A stretch of DNA of 50,625 bases from a virus (taxonomy: Duplodnaviria; Caudoviricetes): positions 1 through 50,625 of the IMG/VR virus record IMGVR_UViG_3300001918_000035; one strand, given 5' to 3'. Shown in pieces: positions 26,760 to 36,500 of the stretch. Below the pieces are notes generated by a model that searched no databases, had not been told where the DNA came from, and saw nothing but the letters and a program-made list of their open reading frames with translations. Numbering within the stretch: the first letter of the stretch is position 1; each line of letters opens with the position of its first letter. Both the position numbers and the translations under genes were made by a program.

Positions 26760-27053
26760 GTGAGCCTTCGCGACTTGGTCGAGATCGGCACCGCCCTGGC
26801 CGGGCTCACACCCATCATCCTGCTGGCCGGCTTCTGGTGGCTGGGACACCGCCTCGCGAACGCCGAGGCGCGGATCCACGCGATCGAGAGCGCCCGCGCC
26901 GGAGACCCGACGCCATCCGGCCTGTCCAAGGACATCGGCAAGGTTGCCGAGCGCGTGAAGGGAGTCGAGGCTCAGATCGACTCGCTCGCAGACCAGCTCG
27001 GGACGACGAACAACTACCTTCACGCTCTGATCGAGAAAGGGCTCAGCAAGTGA
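26760..27053 (+). CDS. DUF2730-like membrane-anchored coiled-coil protein
   Basis: N-terminal TM helix, then coiled coil; conserved position before gp26/gp27 in Mu-like phages. Confidence 0.65.
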   Translation: MSLRDLVEIGTALAGLTPIILLAGFWWLGHRLANAEARIHAIESARAGDPTPSGLSKDIGKVAERVKGVEAQIDSLADQLGTTNNYLHALIEKGLSK

Positions 27054-27343
27054 GCAGACCGTCCGCCATTCTCGAAATCATCCGTCGTGCCATCCTCGAT
27101 CTGCTCGACCAGATCGGCGGCGAGCATAATGACGACGTCATTGCACGAATGCTCGCAGGCCTCGGCCACCGGATCGCGCGGCGCGAGGTGCGTGAGCAGC
27201 TGCTGTGGCTGAAAGGCCAGGGCCTGGTCTCGGCCGAGGAAATCGGTCCATTCCTGGTCGCGAGGGTGTTGCCCGATGGCCGCGATGTCGCCGCCGGCTC
27301 GCTCGCCATCGACGGAGTCAGCCGCCACAAGACGGGGGATTGA
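27050..27343 (+). CDS. Mu gp26-like winged-helix protein
   Basis: RRAIL..L......N..V....L...G......VR.QL.WL..QGLV...GRDVAAG...IDGV. Confidence 0.8.
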   Translation: MSRPSAILEIIRRAILDLLDQIGGEHNDDVIARMLAGLGHRIARREVREQLLWLKGQGLVSAEEIGPFLVARVLPDGRDVAAGSLAIDGVSRHKTGD

Positions 27344-27883
27344 GTGGCGAAGCGGTCCACGATCGACAAGCTGCCGCCGCCGATCCGCGAGGCGGTCGAC
27401 GCCGCGATCAAGCGGGGCGCGACGATCGACGAGATCGTCGAGCAGCTGCACGCGCTCGGCGCCGATCATGTCAGTCGCTCCGCCGTCGGCCGCTACAGCA
27501 AGAACTATCGCGAGCTGGCCGATCAGCAGCGGCAGATCTCGTCGGTCGCCAAGGCGTTCGCGAGCGAGTTCGGAGAGGCGGACAATCTCCAGGGGCGGCT
27601 GATGATCCAGCTGCTCAACACCGTGATCACCCGGGCCATCCTGCCGGTGGCGAGCGGCGACGAGATCGAGCTCGACGGCAAGGAGCTCCACTATCTCGCG
27701 CGCGCCGTGAAGGACGTCGCCTCGGCCGCGAAAACCGACGTCGATCGCGAGGCGAAGATCCGCGAGGAAACGAAGAAGCGCGCCCGGGAGGAGGCCGCTG
27801 CTGCGGCCGAGGCCGCGGGCCGCCGTGGTGGAGCCAGCGAGGAGCTGATCGAACTCGTCAAGCGCGAAATCCTCGGCATCTGA
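27344..27883 (+). CDS. DUF3486 / Mu gp27-like small terminase
   Basis: RSTIDKLP..IRE, VSRSAVGRY, C-terminal REILGI. Confidence 0.88.
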   Translation: MAKRSTIDKLPPPIREAVDAAIKRGATIDEIVEQLHALGADHVSRSAVGRYSKNYRELADQQRQISSVAKAFASEFGEADNLQGRLMIQLLNTVITRAILPVASGDEIELDGKELHYLARAVKDVASAAKTDVDREAKIREETKKRAREEAAAAAEAAGRRGGASEELIELVKREILGI

Positions 27884-27884
27884 C

Positions 27885-28265
27885 GTGAGCCGCACCCAGC
27901 GCCTCGTCACCGGCCACGGCACCGCCAAACCATCCGATCTCGCGCAGCTCGCGATCGGCGCCGCTGACATTGCCCGCCGCCTCGGCCTGCAGGTTCGCCG
28001 CACCGGCTGCAGCCACTGTCGCACGTCGGGCTCGCGCTATCTCGAAATCGCCGACAAGTTCGGCCTCGTCTGGCGCTTCCGCATCTCCAACCATCGCCGG
28101 CCGAGCGCCAACCGCAACGCGGCGCCGCACTTCGACCTCGTCTCGATCGACGGCCGTTCGGGCCTGTCGCAGATCGAGTTCTGGCTGGGCGAGATCGCGG
28201 CCGGCCGCATCGCCTGGTTCGAACCCGAAGCCGCGCCGGCGCCGCGCATGCGGAGGCGGCGATGA
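27885..28265 (+). CDS. hypothetical protein between small and large terminase
   Basis: Coupled to terL (ATGA); SGSRYL...RFRISNH motif. Confidence 0.55.
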   Translation: MSRTQRLVTGHGTAKPSDLAQLAIGAADIARRLGLQVRRTGCSHCRTSGSRYLEIADKFGLVWRFRISNHRRPSANRNAAPHFDLVSIDGRSGLSQIEFWLGEIAAGRIAWFEPEAAPAPRMRRRR

Positions 28266-29836
28266 CGCGGAGCAAGGCGCTTGCATCGACGGCGCTCTCC
28301 ACCCCCACGGACAAAGCTCCGGCCGTCTTGCTTCCATATCAGGCGGAGGCATTCCGCCTAAGTTACGATCACCAACTCCTCTTCATCGAAAAGTCGCGAC
28401 GGACGGGCCTCACCTACGCTTTCGCTCCCAAGGCGGTCCTGGGCGCGGCTGCCGAGAAGCGTCCGAAAAACTTCTACTATGTCGGCTACAAGCTCGACAT
28501 GGCGTCGGAGTTCATCGGCTACTGCGCCCTGTTCGCGAAAATGTTCGACAAGCTTTGCACCATCAGTTCGGAGTTTCTCTTCGACGACGGCTCGGAGGAG
28601 GGGATCAAGGCGCTGAAGATCGACTTTCCTTCGGGCAAGTCAATCGTCGCGCTAAGCTCGCAGCCACGTTCGTTCCGCGGCATGCAGGGCGACTGGCTGA
28701 TCGACGAAGGCGCGTTCCACGACAACCTGCGGGAGGTGCTGAAGGCTGCGATCGCGCTGTTCATGTGGGGCGGCCATGGCGTCGTGATCTCCACCCACGA
28801 CGGCGAGGATAACCAGTTCAACACGGTCATCCAGGAAATCCGCGAAAAGAAGCGCGCCGGTTACGTCCAGCGGATCACGCTGAAGGAAGCGCTCGCGCAG
28901 GGGCTGTACAAGCGCATTTGCCTGGTCACGGGCGAGGACTGGTCGCCCGAGAAGGAAGCGGCCTGGGAGGCAAAGCTCCGCGACACCTATGCCGAAGCGG
29001 CAGAGGAAGAGCTGGACGTCATCCCCTCCGAAGGCTCTGGCTCGTACCTCGCCTACGCGACCATCAAGCGACGCATGACGCCGGACTTCCCGGTCGTCCG
29101 TCTGACCTGCCCGGCCGGTTTCGAACGGCAGGATGAGGCGGATCGCAGAAGTTTCATCCTCGACTGGCTGCGAGTCACGGTCGAGCCGCTCATCGGAGGG
29201 TTCCACGCCGATCGGGACAGCTACTTCGGTCAGGACTTCGCGCGGAGCGGCGACGTCTCGCCGCTCGCCTTCGGGCAACATGACGATGCCAAACGCCTGC
29301 TGGCGCGGTTCATTCTCGAAATGCGCAACGTGCCCTTCTCGGATCAGCAGTTCGTGCTGTTCTGGATCCTCGATCGCCTGCCGAGGTTCGCCGCCGGCAA
29401 GATGGACGCGCGCGGCAACGGCTCCGCTCTGGCGGAGGCGGCGCAGCAGAAATTTGGCTTCGATCGGATCGAGGCCGTCCAGGCGTCCGAAAAAACCTAC
29501 CTGGCCTTCATGCCCAAGCTAAAGTCGGCGATCGACGATGGCCAGCTGATCATGCCCGAAGACGAAGGCACGCTGGACGACCTCCGCCTGATCAAAATGG
29601 TTCGCGGCGTACCGATGATCCGGGGGCGGACTGTCGACAGCAAGGCAGATGGCGCGAAGGGCAAGCGTCACGGCGACAATGCGATCGCGCTGATGCACCT
29701 CGTAGCGGCTGCCGAAACAGCCGCCGGTCCTTTCGAGTTCGAGTCTGCCGGCTCACGCGAGGATGCCGGCGGATGGACGGACGGCTTCGCCGGCTTCGGC
29801 ATCGGCGGTCGCGACAATCTGATGGGGTTCTACTGA
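28262..29836 (+). CDS. terL: terminase large subunit (Mu gp28 family)
   Basis: LLPYQ, KSRRTGLT (Walker A), LIDEGAFH (Walker B), GQDFARSGD, HGDNAIA. Confidence 0.93.
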   Translation: MTRSKALASTALSTPTDKAPAVLLPYQAEAFRLSYDHQLLFIEKSRRTGLTYAFAPKAVLGAAAEKRPKNFYYVGYKLDMASEFIGYCALFAKMFDKLCTISSEFLFDDGSEEGIKALKIDFPSGKSIVALSSQPRSFRGMQGDWLIDEGAFHDNLREVLKAAIALFMWGGHGVVISTHDGEDNQFNTVIQEIREKKRAGYVQRITLKEALAQGLYKRICLVTGEDWSPEKEAAWEAKLRDTYAEAAEEELDVIPSEGSGSYLAYATIKRRMTPDFPVVRLTCPAGFERQDEADRRSFILDWLRVTVEPLIGGFHADRDSYFGQDFARSGDVSPLAFGQHDDAKRLLARFILEMRNVPFSDQQFVLFWILDRLPRFAAGKMDARGNGSALAEAAQQKFGFDRIEAVQASEKTYLAFMPKLKSAIDDGQLIMPEDEGTLDDLRLIKMVRGVPMIRGRTVDSKADGAKGKRHGDNAIALMHLVAAAETAAGPFEFESAGSREDAGGWTDGFAGFGIGGRDNLMGFY

Positions 29837-29837
29837 C

Positions 29838-31811
29838 ATGGCGGAGAAGCTGCCGGCCGAGCTGGCGCAGGAAATCGCGACCACCGCGGACGGGCGGGAC
29901 ATCACTCGGCCCTTCGTGCGCGATCTGGAGGAGCCGAAGGACCCGCGCCTGCTCGGCGCCGTCGACTGGGGCGTCTACGATCGCATCCTGCTCGACGATC
30001 AGGTCAAGTCGACCATGGCGCAGCGGATCTCCGCCGTGGTGTCGCGGGATTGGGACGTCCTGCCGGGCGACGACGAAGATCCCCGCGCCGTCGAGGCCGC
30101 CGATCGCCTGAAGTTGGTGCTCGAGGCGGCGTCGATCGACCGCGTCCAGGAGAAGATGCGCTGGGCGAGCTTCTACGGCTATGCGGTCGCCGAGCTGCTC
30201 TGGTTCGCCCGCGACGGCCGGCTGGATTTCACCCTGCGCGTCCGTCACGCCCGCCGCTTCCGCTTCACGCCGGCAGGTGAGCTGCGCCTGCTGACGATGG
30301 CGGCGCCGCGCGGCGAGCCGCTGCCCGATCGCAAATTCTGGGTCGTCCGCGCCGGCGCCACCGACGATGACGAGTTTTACGGCCGCGGCCTGGCCGAGTG
30401 GCTCTACTGGCCGGTGCTGTTCAAGCGCAACGGCCTGCGCTTCTGGAACAAGTTCCTCGATCGCTTCGCCCTGCCCACCGCGCTCGGCAAATATCGGCCG
30501 GGCGCGCCGCGCGAGGAAATCCAGCGGCTGTTGCAGGCGCTGCAGGCGATCTCGAACGACAGCGGCATCGCCATCCCGGACGGCGCGGCGGTCGAGCTGC
30601 TCCAGGCCGCGAACGCCGGCCCCGAATTCGCCGCCATGCCGCGCTACATGGACGAGGCGATCGCCAAGATCGTGCTTAGCCAGACGATGACGACGGAGGA
30701 CGGCGCCGGCGGCCGCGCCACCGGCCAGATCCATGCCGGCGTGAAGCTGGAGGTCATCAAGGCCGATGCCGATACGGACAGCGACAGCTTCAACGAAGGC
30801 CCGGCGCGGTGGTGGACCGATCTGAACTTCGGCCCCGACGTCGCGAGCCCGCGCTTCGTCCGCATCGTCGAAGAAGAGGCCGACCTGAAGCGCCAGGCGG
30901 AGGTGGACGAGGCGCTGGATCGGCTTGGCTGGGCGCGCAACGACGACAGCTTCCGCGACACCTTTGGCGACGGATACGATCGGAAGCCCGAGCCGCAGGC
31001 GCCGGCCGTCGTTCCGCGCCTTCCCGCCAACGACGACGCTGACCCGGATGACGAGCAGCAGCAGAGCCCGCGCGCCGAGATCAGCTTCGCCGCGAACGAT
31101 CCGGCGCCGCTCTACGTCAAGCGGCGGCTGAAAAACGCCTCCAGGCTCGTTGCATGGGCGAAGAAGGCCGGGTTCAAGTCTACGATCGACCCGGCCGACA
31201 TGCACGTCACGGTGCTCTATTCCCGGCGCCCGGTCGATTGGTTCAAGCTGGCCGACGACTGGGGCGGCGGCGAGCCGCTCGTCATTGGTCCGGCCGGGCC
31301 GCGCCGGATCGTCCGGTTGGGCGACAAGGGCGAGGCTGTTGCCCTGCTTTTCGGCAGCGGGCGGCTCCAGTGGCGGCACGACGACATGATCTCGCAGGGA
31401 GCGAGCCATGACCACGCCGAATATTTGCCGCACGTGACGATCAGCTACGACGCCGGCGACGTCGATCTGGACGCGCTCGAGCCGTATGACGGCCCGCTGA
31501 CCTTCGGGCCCGAAGAGTTCGAGCCGATCCAGGAGGGCTGGCACGAGAATGTCCGGCAGGTCAGCCTCGCTGAGGGCGAAGGCGACATCGTCGATGCGGT
31601 CGCCGCGCAGCTGGTCGAGCAGGGCCTGACGCCGATGAGCCCCCTGCTGATCCCGCTGGTCGAGGCGATCGAGAAGTCCGGCTCGGCCGAGGATCTGGAG
31701 GCGCACCTGCTTGCCGCCGTCGGAGCCGGGAAAGCGGAACAGTTGGCCGATCTGCTGGCGCGCGCCGGCTTCGGCATGCGCTTGGCTGCCGAAGGCGACG
31801 CCGACCGCTGA
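29838..31811 (+). CDS. DUF935/Mu gp29 portal protein with inserted Acb1-like 2H phosphoesterase domain
   Basis: Portal motifs YGRGL...YWP..FK...FW..F.DRF..P...GKY, IVLSQTMTT; insert aa ~415-575 with MHVTVLYS and PHVTISY. Confidence 0.9.
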   Translation: MAEKLPAELAQEIATTADGRDITRPFVRDLEEPKDPRLLGAVDWGVYDRILLDDQVKSTMAQRISAVVSRDWDVLPGDDEDPRAVEAADRLKLVLEAASIDRVQEKMRWASFYGYAVAELLWFARDGRLDFTLRVRHARRFRFTPAGELRLLTMAAPRGEPLPDRKFWVVRAGATDDDEFYGRGLAEWLYWPVLFKRNGLRFWNKFLDRFALPTALGKYRPGAPREEIQRLLQALQAISNDSGIAIPDGAAVELLQAANAGPEFAAMPRYMDEAIAKIVLSQTMTTEDGAGGRATGQIHAGVKLEVIKADADTDSDSFNEGPARWWTDLNFGPDVASPRFVRIVEEEADLKRQAEVDEALDRLGWARNDDSFRDTFGDGYDRKPEPQAPAVVPRLPANDDADPDDEQQQSPRAEISFAANDPAPLYVKRRLKNASRLVAWAKKAGFKSTIDPADMHVTVLYSRRPVDWFKLADDWGGGEPLVIGPAGPRRIVRLGDKGEAVALLFGSGRLQWRHDDMISQGASHDHAEYLPHVTISYDAGDVDLDALEPYDGPLTFGPEEFEPIQEGWHENVRQVSLAEGEGDIVDAVAAQLVEQGLTPMSPLLIPLVEAIEKSGSAEDLEAHLLAAVGAGKAEQLADLLARAGFGMRLAAEGDADR

Positions 31812-33097
31812 TGACCGATATTCGCGCCTCGATCGGCTTGCCGCCCGACGATACGGTCGAGGCCTTCCGCGCGAAGGGCGTCTATCCGGTCACGCCGAAC
31901 TGGGATGCGGTGTGGCAGGAGGAGAATGCTCGCGCCTTCTACGTCACCAAGCTTCTCGATCGCACGCTCGCCGAGCGCGTCCGCGCCTCGCTCGACGATG
32001 CCATCGCCAAGGGTGGCACGTTCGAGCAGTGGAAAGCAGCGATCGTTCCCCAGCTCCAGGAGGCGGGCTGGTATGGCCGCGTCGAGAACCGGCCCGAGCT
32101 GACCGGCGTCGACTATCCGATCTTCGTCGGCAGAAGCCGCCTGCGGACGATCTACGACACGAACCTGCGGATGGCGCGCGCCGCCGGCAAATGGAAGCGC
32201 ATCCAGGCGCTGAAGCGGGTGGCACCCTATCTGCGCTACACGGCGATCCTCGACACCCGAACCCGGCCGGAACACCGGCTGTGGCACGGCACGATCCTGC
32301 CCGTCGACCATCCCTGGTGGGACACGCATTTTCCGCCATGCGGCTGGCACTGCCGTTGCAACGTCGTCCAGCTCTCCGATCGCGATCTCCGCGCCCGCGG
32401 CTGGAAAGTGACCGCCGAACCGCCCGGCGGCCGTAACCGGCCATGGCGCCGCTCTGACGGCACGATCGTCCAGGTACCGAACGGCATCGACCCGGGCTTC
32501 GCCTACAACCCCGGCAAAGCGCACATGCGCGGCCTGGTACCCCCGCCAGTCGAAGGGCCCCTCGCGACGCCCGCCATCCGACCAGCCGATCTGCCGCCGC
32601 TGCCGGCGCCGCGCGAGAGACGCGAGACCCTTCCGGACGAGCTGAGCGACGAGCAGGCGATCGGACGCTTCCTCGCGCGCTTCCCCGGCCGCCGTGCGGC
32701 CGACGGCACTGTCCTGACACAGGACGCGGCTGGTGAGCCGCTGATCCTCGATGATCGCTTCTTCCGCAGGGGTGAAGGCTCGCCGCGCGAAGGCGCGCTG
32801 AAGCTCCGCGCGGACCGGAAGCGCCTCCTGCTGCAGCTCGCCGAGACGCTCCTCGATCCGGACGAGATCTGGTGGACGTGGCAGTCGATCGAACTGGCCA
32901 ACGGCCGAACCATCCAGCGCGTGGCGCGCCGCTATGTCGCCCGATTCCTGATCGACGGCCAGGACCTGCCGCTCGTCGTCGTGATGCAGACGGATGCCGA
33001 CGGGTGGCGCGGGGTGACGGCCTATGTCGGGAACAATCTCGGCTACGCGGACAAGGAGCAGGTGCGGGGAGGCTGGCTTGCCTACCGCCGCCAATGA
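31811..33097 (+). CDS. Mu gpF (MuF) minor head protein fused to PBECR2-like nuclease domain
   Basis: RLRTIYDTNL, D.RTRPEH..WHG, PPCGWHCRC, DPGFAYNPG; C-terminal LAETLLDPDEIW...RRYVARF...W.GVTAY...RGG.L.YRR. Confidence 0.88.
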   Translation: MTDIRASIGLPPDDTVEAFRAKGVYPVTPNWDAVWQEENARAFYVTKLLDRTLAERVRASLDDAIAKGGTFEQWKAAIVPQLQEAGWYGRVENRPELTGVDYPIFVGRSRLRTIYDTNLRMARAAGKWKRIQALKRVAPYLRYTAILDTRTRPEHRLWHGTILPVDHPWWDTHFPPCGWHCRCNVVQLSDRDLRARGWKVTAEPPGGRNRPWRRSDGTIVQVPNGIDPGFAYNPGKAHMRGLVPPPVEGPLATPAIRPADLPPLPAPRERRETLPDELSDEQAIGRFLARFPGRRAADGTVLTQDAAGEPLILDDRFFRRGEGSPREGALKLRADRKRLLLQLAETLLDPDEIWWTWQSIELANGRTIQRVARRYVARFLIDGQDLPLVVVMQTDADGWRGVTAYVGNNLGYADKEQVRGGWLAYRRQ

Positions 33098-33101
33098 GAA
33101 A

Positions 33102-33121
33102 GGCCGGGGTCTCCCCCGGCC
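33102..33121 (+). terminator. GC hairpin after MuF gene
   Basis: GGCCGGGG-TCTC-CCCCGGCC immediately after the stop; no U-tract on +. Confidence 0.4.
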
Positions 33122-33202
33122 CTCCCTGCGCTGCAGCCGACCTTCTGAAGCAACACCGCCAGCATCGATAGGCCCGGCGCGCTCGCCGTGCGGTCTCGCT
33201 GA

Positions 33203-33218
33203 CGTACGCGCGCGGAAG
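33203..33218 (+). promoter_or_regulatory. putative late-activator binding site for fibre operon
   Basis: CGTACGC-GC-GCGGAAG followed by TTTTCAA, as in the 14457 copy. Confidence 0.5.
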
Positions 33219-33252
33219 CGGCTTTTCAAGCGGCACTATGGGAGGGGAGGAT

Positions 33253-33573
33253 ATGGGTAAGCTATCACCAACAGCAGAGGATCGCGCCGTCTCGGTGGCG
33301 GAGGGCGTGCTGGATGCGCCGGGTGCGTCGCGGCCGGTCCGGGTGAACGGGCGCACCAATGTCTCCGTTTCCGGGGTGTTCACCGGCACGCTCCAGCTAG
33401 AGCGCAGCTTCGACGGCGGCGACACCTGGATCGCGATCACCGCCGCGGGCGCGCCGATCGAGTTCACTGGCCCCTTCTCGGAAGAAATAGAGGAAGCGGA
33501 AGCCGGCATGCTATACCGCTTGAACGCGGTTGCATTGAGCGCTGGCGCAGCGAACTGGCGCTTCAGCCGATGA
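33253..33573 (+). CDS. small beta-rich virion protein (possible spike base)
   Basis: GGAGG RBS; [24 protein letters not shown]...YRL; ATGA-coupled to the giant gene. Confidence 0.65.
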   Translation: MGKLSPTAEDRAVSVAEGVLDAPGASRPVRVNGRTNVSVSGVFTGTLQLERSFDGGDTWIAITAAGAPIEFTGPFSEEIEEAEAGMLYRLNAVALSAGAANWRFSR

Positions 33574-36500
33574 TCCGCAGCGTCCTAAAGGGCGCCGGAC
33601 GCGGAGGCAGCGGCGATCTGCGCCTGACGCCGCCCGTCATCCCCCAGGACGCCGAGGGCGATGTGTCGCGCCTGCGATCAAACCTGCGCGGCGCGCTTAC
33701 GTTCACGAAGCTCTCGGGCGCCTCCGTGATCGCTATCGCCGCGAACGGAGACGTCTCGCTATCGGCGGCTCTCGGCGAAGGCGGCACCGCCGTTTTTCGC
33801 GCCCGCGCCCAGAACACCAGCGGCGATGCGATTGAGCGCGAGCTCACCCTCCGCGCCGCCGGCCCGGGGCCTGCGCCAGCGCCGGCGCCCAGCGACACGA
33901 TGCCGGATCCTTTCGCATTTCAGGGGATCGACGACGCCGAGCCGGAGACGCTGTACACCTCGAACGCTGTGACCCCGACCGGCTTCGATTCGCCGGCGCC
34001 GATCAGCATCGGCGGCAGCCATGCCGACCAATATCAGATTAACGATAGCGCGTGGACCGCCGCACCGGGCACCTTCCCACCCGGAGCGAGCGTCCGGGCT
34101 CGGCTGACGACGTCCGCGAGCTACGAAGCAACGGCGCGCGCTGCGGTGACGATCGGCGGGGTGACGGCGTACTTCGACGTCACGACCCGCGCTGCGCCCG
34201 CCCCGACGCCCAGCCCGACTCCGAGCCCAACGCCCACGCCGACGCCCACTCCCACCCCGGCCTTCAGCCCGGCGGACCTGTTCGCCAGCGGCGAGTTGGG
34301 CGCATTCGCCGATTTCGGCCGCGCCGAGACATTGTTCGCCGACACCGCTCGCACCCAGCCGGCCGGCGCTGGAGGCGCGATCGCTGGCGTCACCGACCTA
34401 AGCGGTCGCGGCAATCACTTCACCAGCGGGTCGGTCAACAGCCGGCCCGCGATCGCCGATCTGGGCGGCGTCCCCTGCGCGTTCTTCGAGGGGCAGGGCT
34501 GGTCAGGCAGTCCTAACGAGCCGGACCATCTCCGCACGCCCAATCTCACTATCCCTCAGCCCTGCACGATGCTCGTGATTGCTCGTCCGGCAGTCCGACA
34601 GACGTCCGTGATCGTCGCCGGGAACAACTCGGTCTGGGAACCCGGGATCGCGATTGAGCAGCAGGGCGCCAGCCCGGCTTATGAACGCTTCCGCATCCGC
34701 GCCGGATCGGTGCTGGCCCCGGTTGCCAACGCGTCGCTCTGGGACGGATGGAGCGTGCTCCTGGCCGAGTTCAACGGCACGTCCAGCACTCTCTGGCTGA
34801 ACGGGGTGCAGCATGTCACCGGCAACGCGGGTGCCGCAGGCTTCGCGAACCTGGCTTGGCGGCTCGGCGGCTCGAACTTCGGCAGCGGCTTCAACGGCCA
34901 CATTGCCGCCGCTCTGCTGATCGGTCGACAGCTCACGCCGGCCGAGCGCGCGGATCTCACTGCCTGGGCCAACGGCCGGATCGTCCCGGGCGGCTCGCCG
35001 TCGCCCAGCCCGTCACCCAGCCCAACGCCAACCCCATCTCCGACGCCCAGTCCGTCTCCGACGCCCAGCCCATCGCCAACGCCGAGCCCGTCGCCATCCC
35101 CCAGCCCGACGCCGAGCCCGACCGGGACGATCGTCCAGCCCGCCGCGAGCTACGTCGGTCAGAACACCGCGCCGATCGCGATCAACAATGCCGCGCACAC
35201 CCCGGAATATTACGCTCTCTGGTCGGGCTTTGGCGGCAAGGCCGCGTACGACGCGATCCAGCCCGATCTGACGCCGCCACCGGACGGCGATCCGGTCACC
35301 AGAAACGGCGAGCCCACTTTCACCTGGAACATTGACCAGGACGATTTCGAGATCGAGGCGCAGGATTTCGCGCTCGACATGACCTGCCTCGCGCCAGGCC
35401 TGGGGCCGATCGATGGCAGAACAGACCGCATCGATCTCTACCTGGAGAACGCTCAGCCGACTTCGCTTGATGGCCACAGCTATCAGTGGATCACCAGCGA
35501 CAAGGCGCATGGCGGCTATCCGGCGATCCGCGCGGTCCTGCGCTTCGATCGGAACGGAAAGCACGCGCTGAAGGCGATTTTCCGCTGTCAGGGCGGGATC
35601 GAGGCGATGCGTGAGGCGGTGCTGTGGGTGAACATCCCGTCGCTGCCGAACTATATCAATCGGCACGAGCGGAGCCTCTATGTCGATCCTGTCAACGGCC
35701 AGGACCGCATCGACGACGGTGCCGATCGCGGCGGGCCGACCAAACCGTTCCGGACCGAAGAGTTCGCGCTCGGCTTGATGCGTGGGACCGGCGTCGCCTT
35801 CAATGGCAGCAACTGGCTGCATGCGACGCACGAGGGCGGCTACATCTACATGCTGCCAGGCCTCCATCTGTTCGATGGCGTCGCGCAGGCGAATGCGGGC
35901 GACAATCCGAACTGGGCCAACACCCAGCTTCCCGTGCGGATGCGGCCTGCTCCCGGGGTGGCAAAGAGCGAGGTGATTGTCACCCGCTCCGAGCAGTACT
36001 TCGAGATGTCGTCGGCCTCCGCCGACGACGGGCATTGCCTTTTGCGGATCGCCGGGTCGATGAGCGGCACGACGATGACCGTCACCCTGCTCGACGATCA
36101 GGGAAGCGGCGTCCGCGTGCACGACGGCATGCTCATCCACTATCGGCGAGCCGACGGTTCGAACACACGCGCCAACACCCGCGTCGTGCGCCAGATCCTG
36201 CCGCTGCAGGCAGGCGAGGCGATCGGCGGCGTCGGCCGCTACACCGTCGGGAACATCCCGGAGCCGACCGGGCCAATAAGCCTATGGGCTTTCTCGATCC
36301 CGAACATCGTGCACCGCAAGATCCGCTTCGCGGACTGTCTGGTCGACGGTCATCGGTGGCATCGCATCGCTGGCAGCTCGCTGATGTTCTCGGTCCATTT
36401 CATACGCTGCAGCTGGAGAAAGGACTTCGACATACGCGGACCGGAAAGCCCGGTACGACCCGGAGCGCCGATGTTCCCGCGCGACACCAGCAGTTTTGGC

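Noticed and set aside
29592-33509. Minus-strand ORFs of 704, 594 and 521 aa
   Set aside because: Shadows of portal and MuF genes
34194-35123. Tandem repeats as CRISPR array or VNTR contingency locus
   Set aside because: In-frame Pro-Thr/Ser linkers with synonymous variation; no spacers or cas genes
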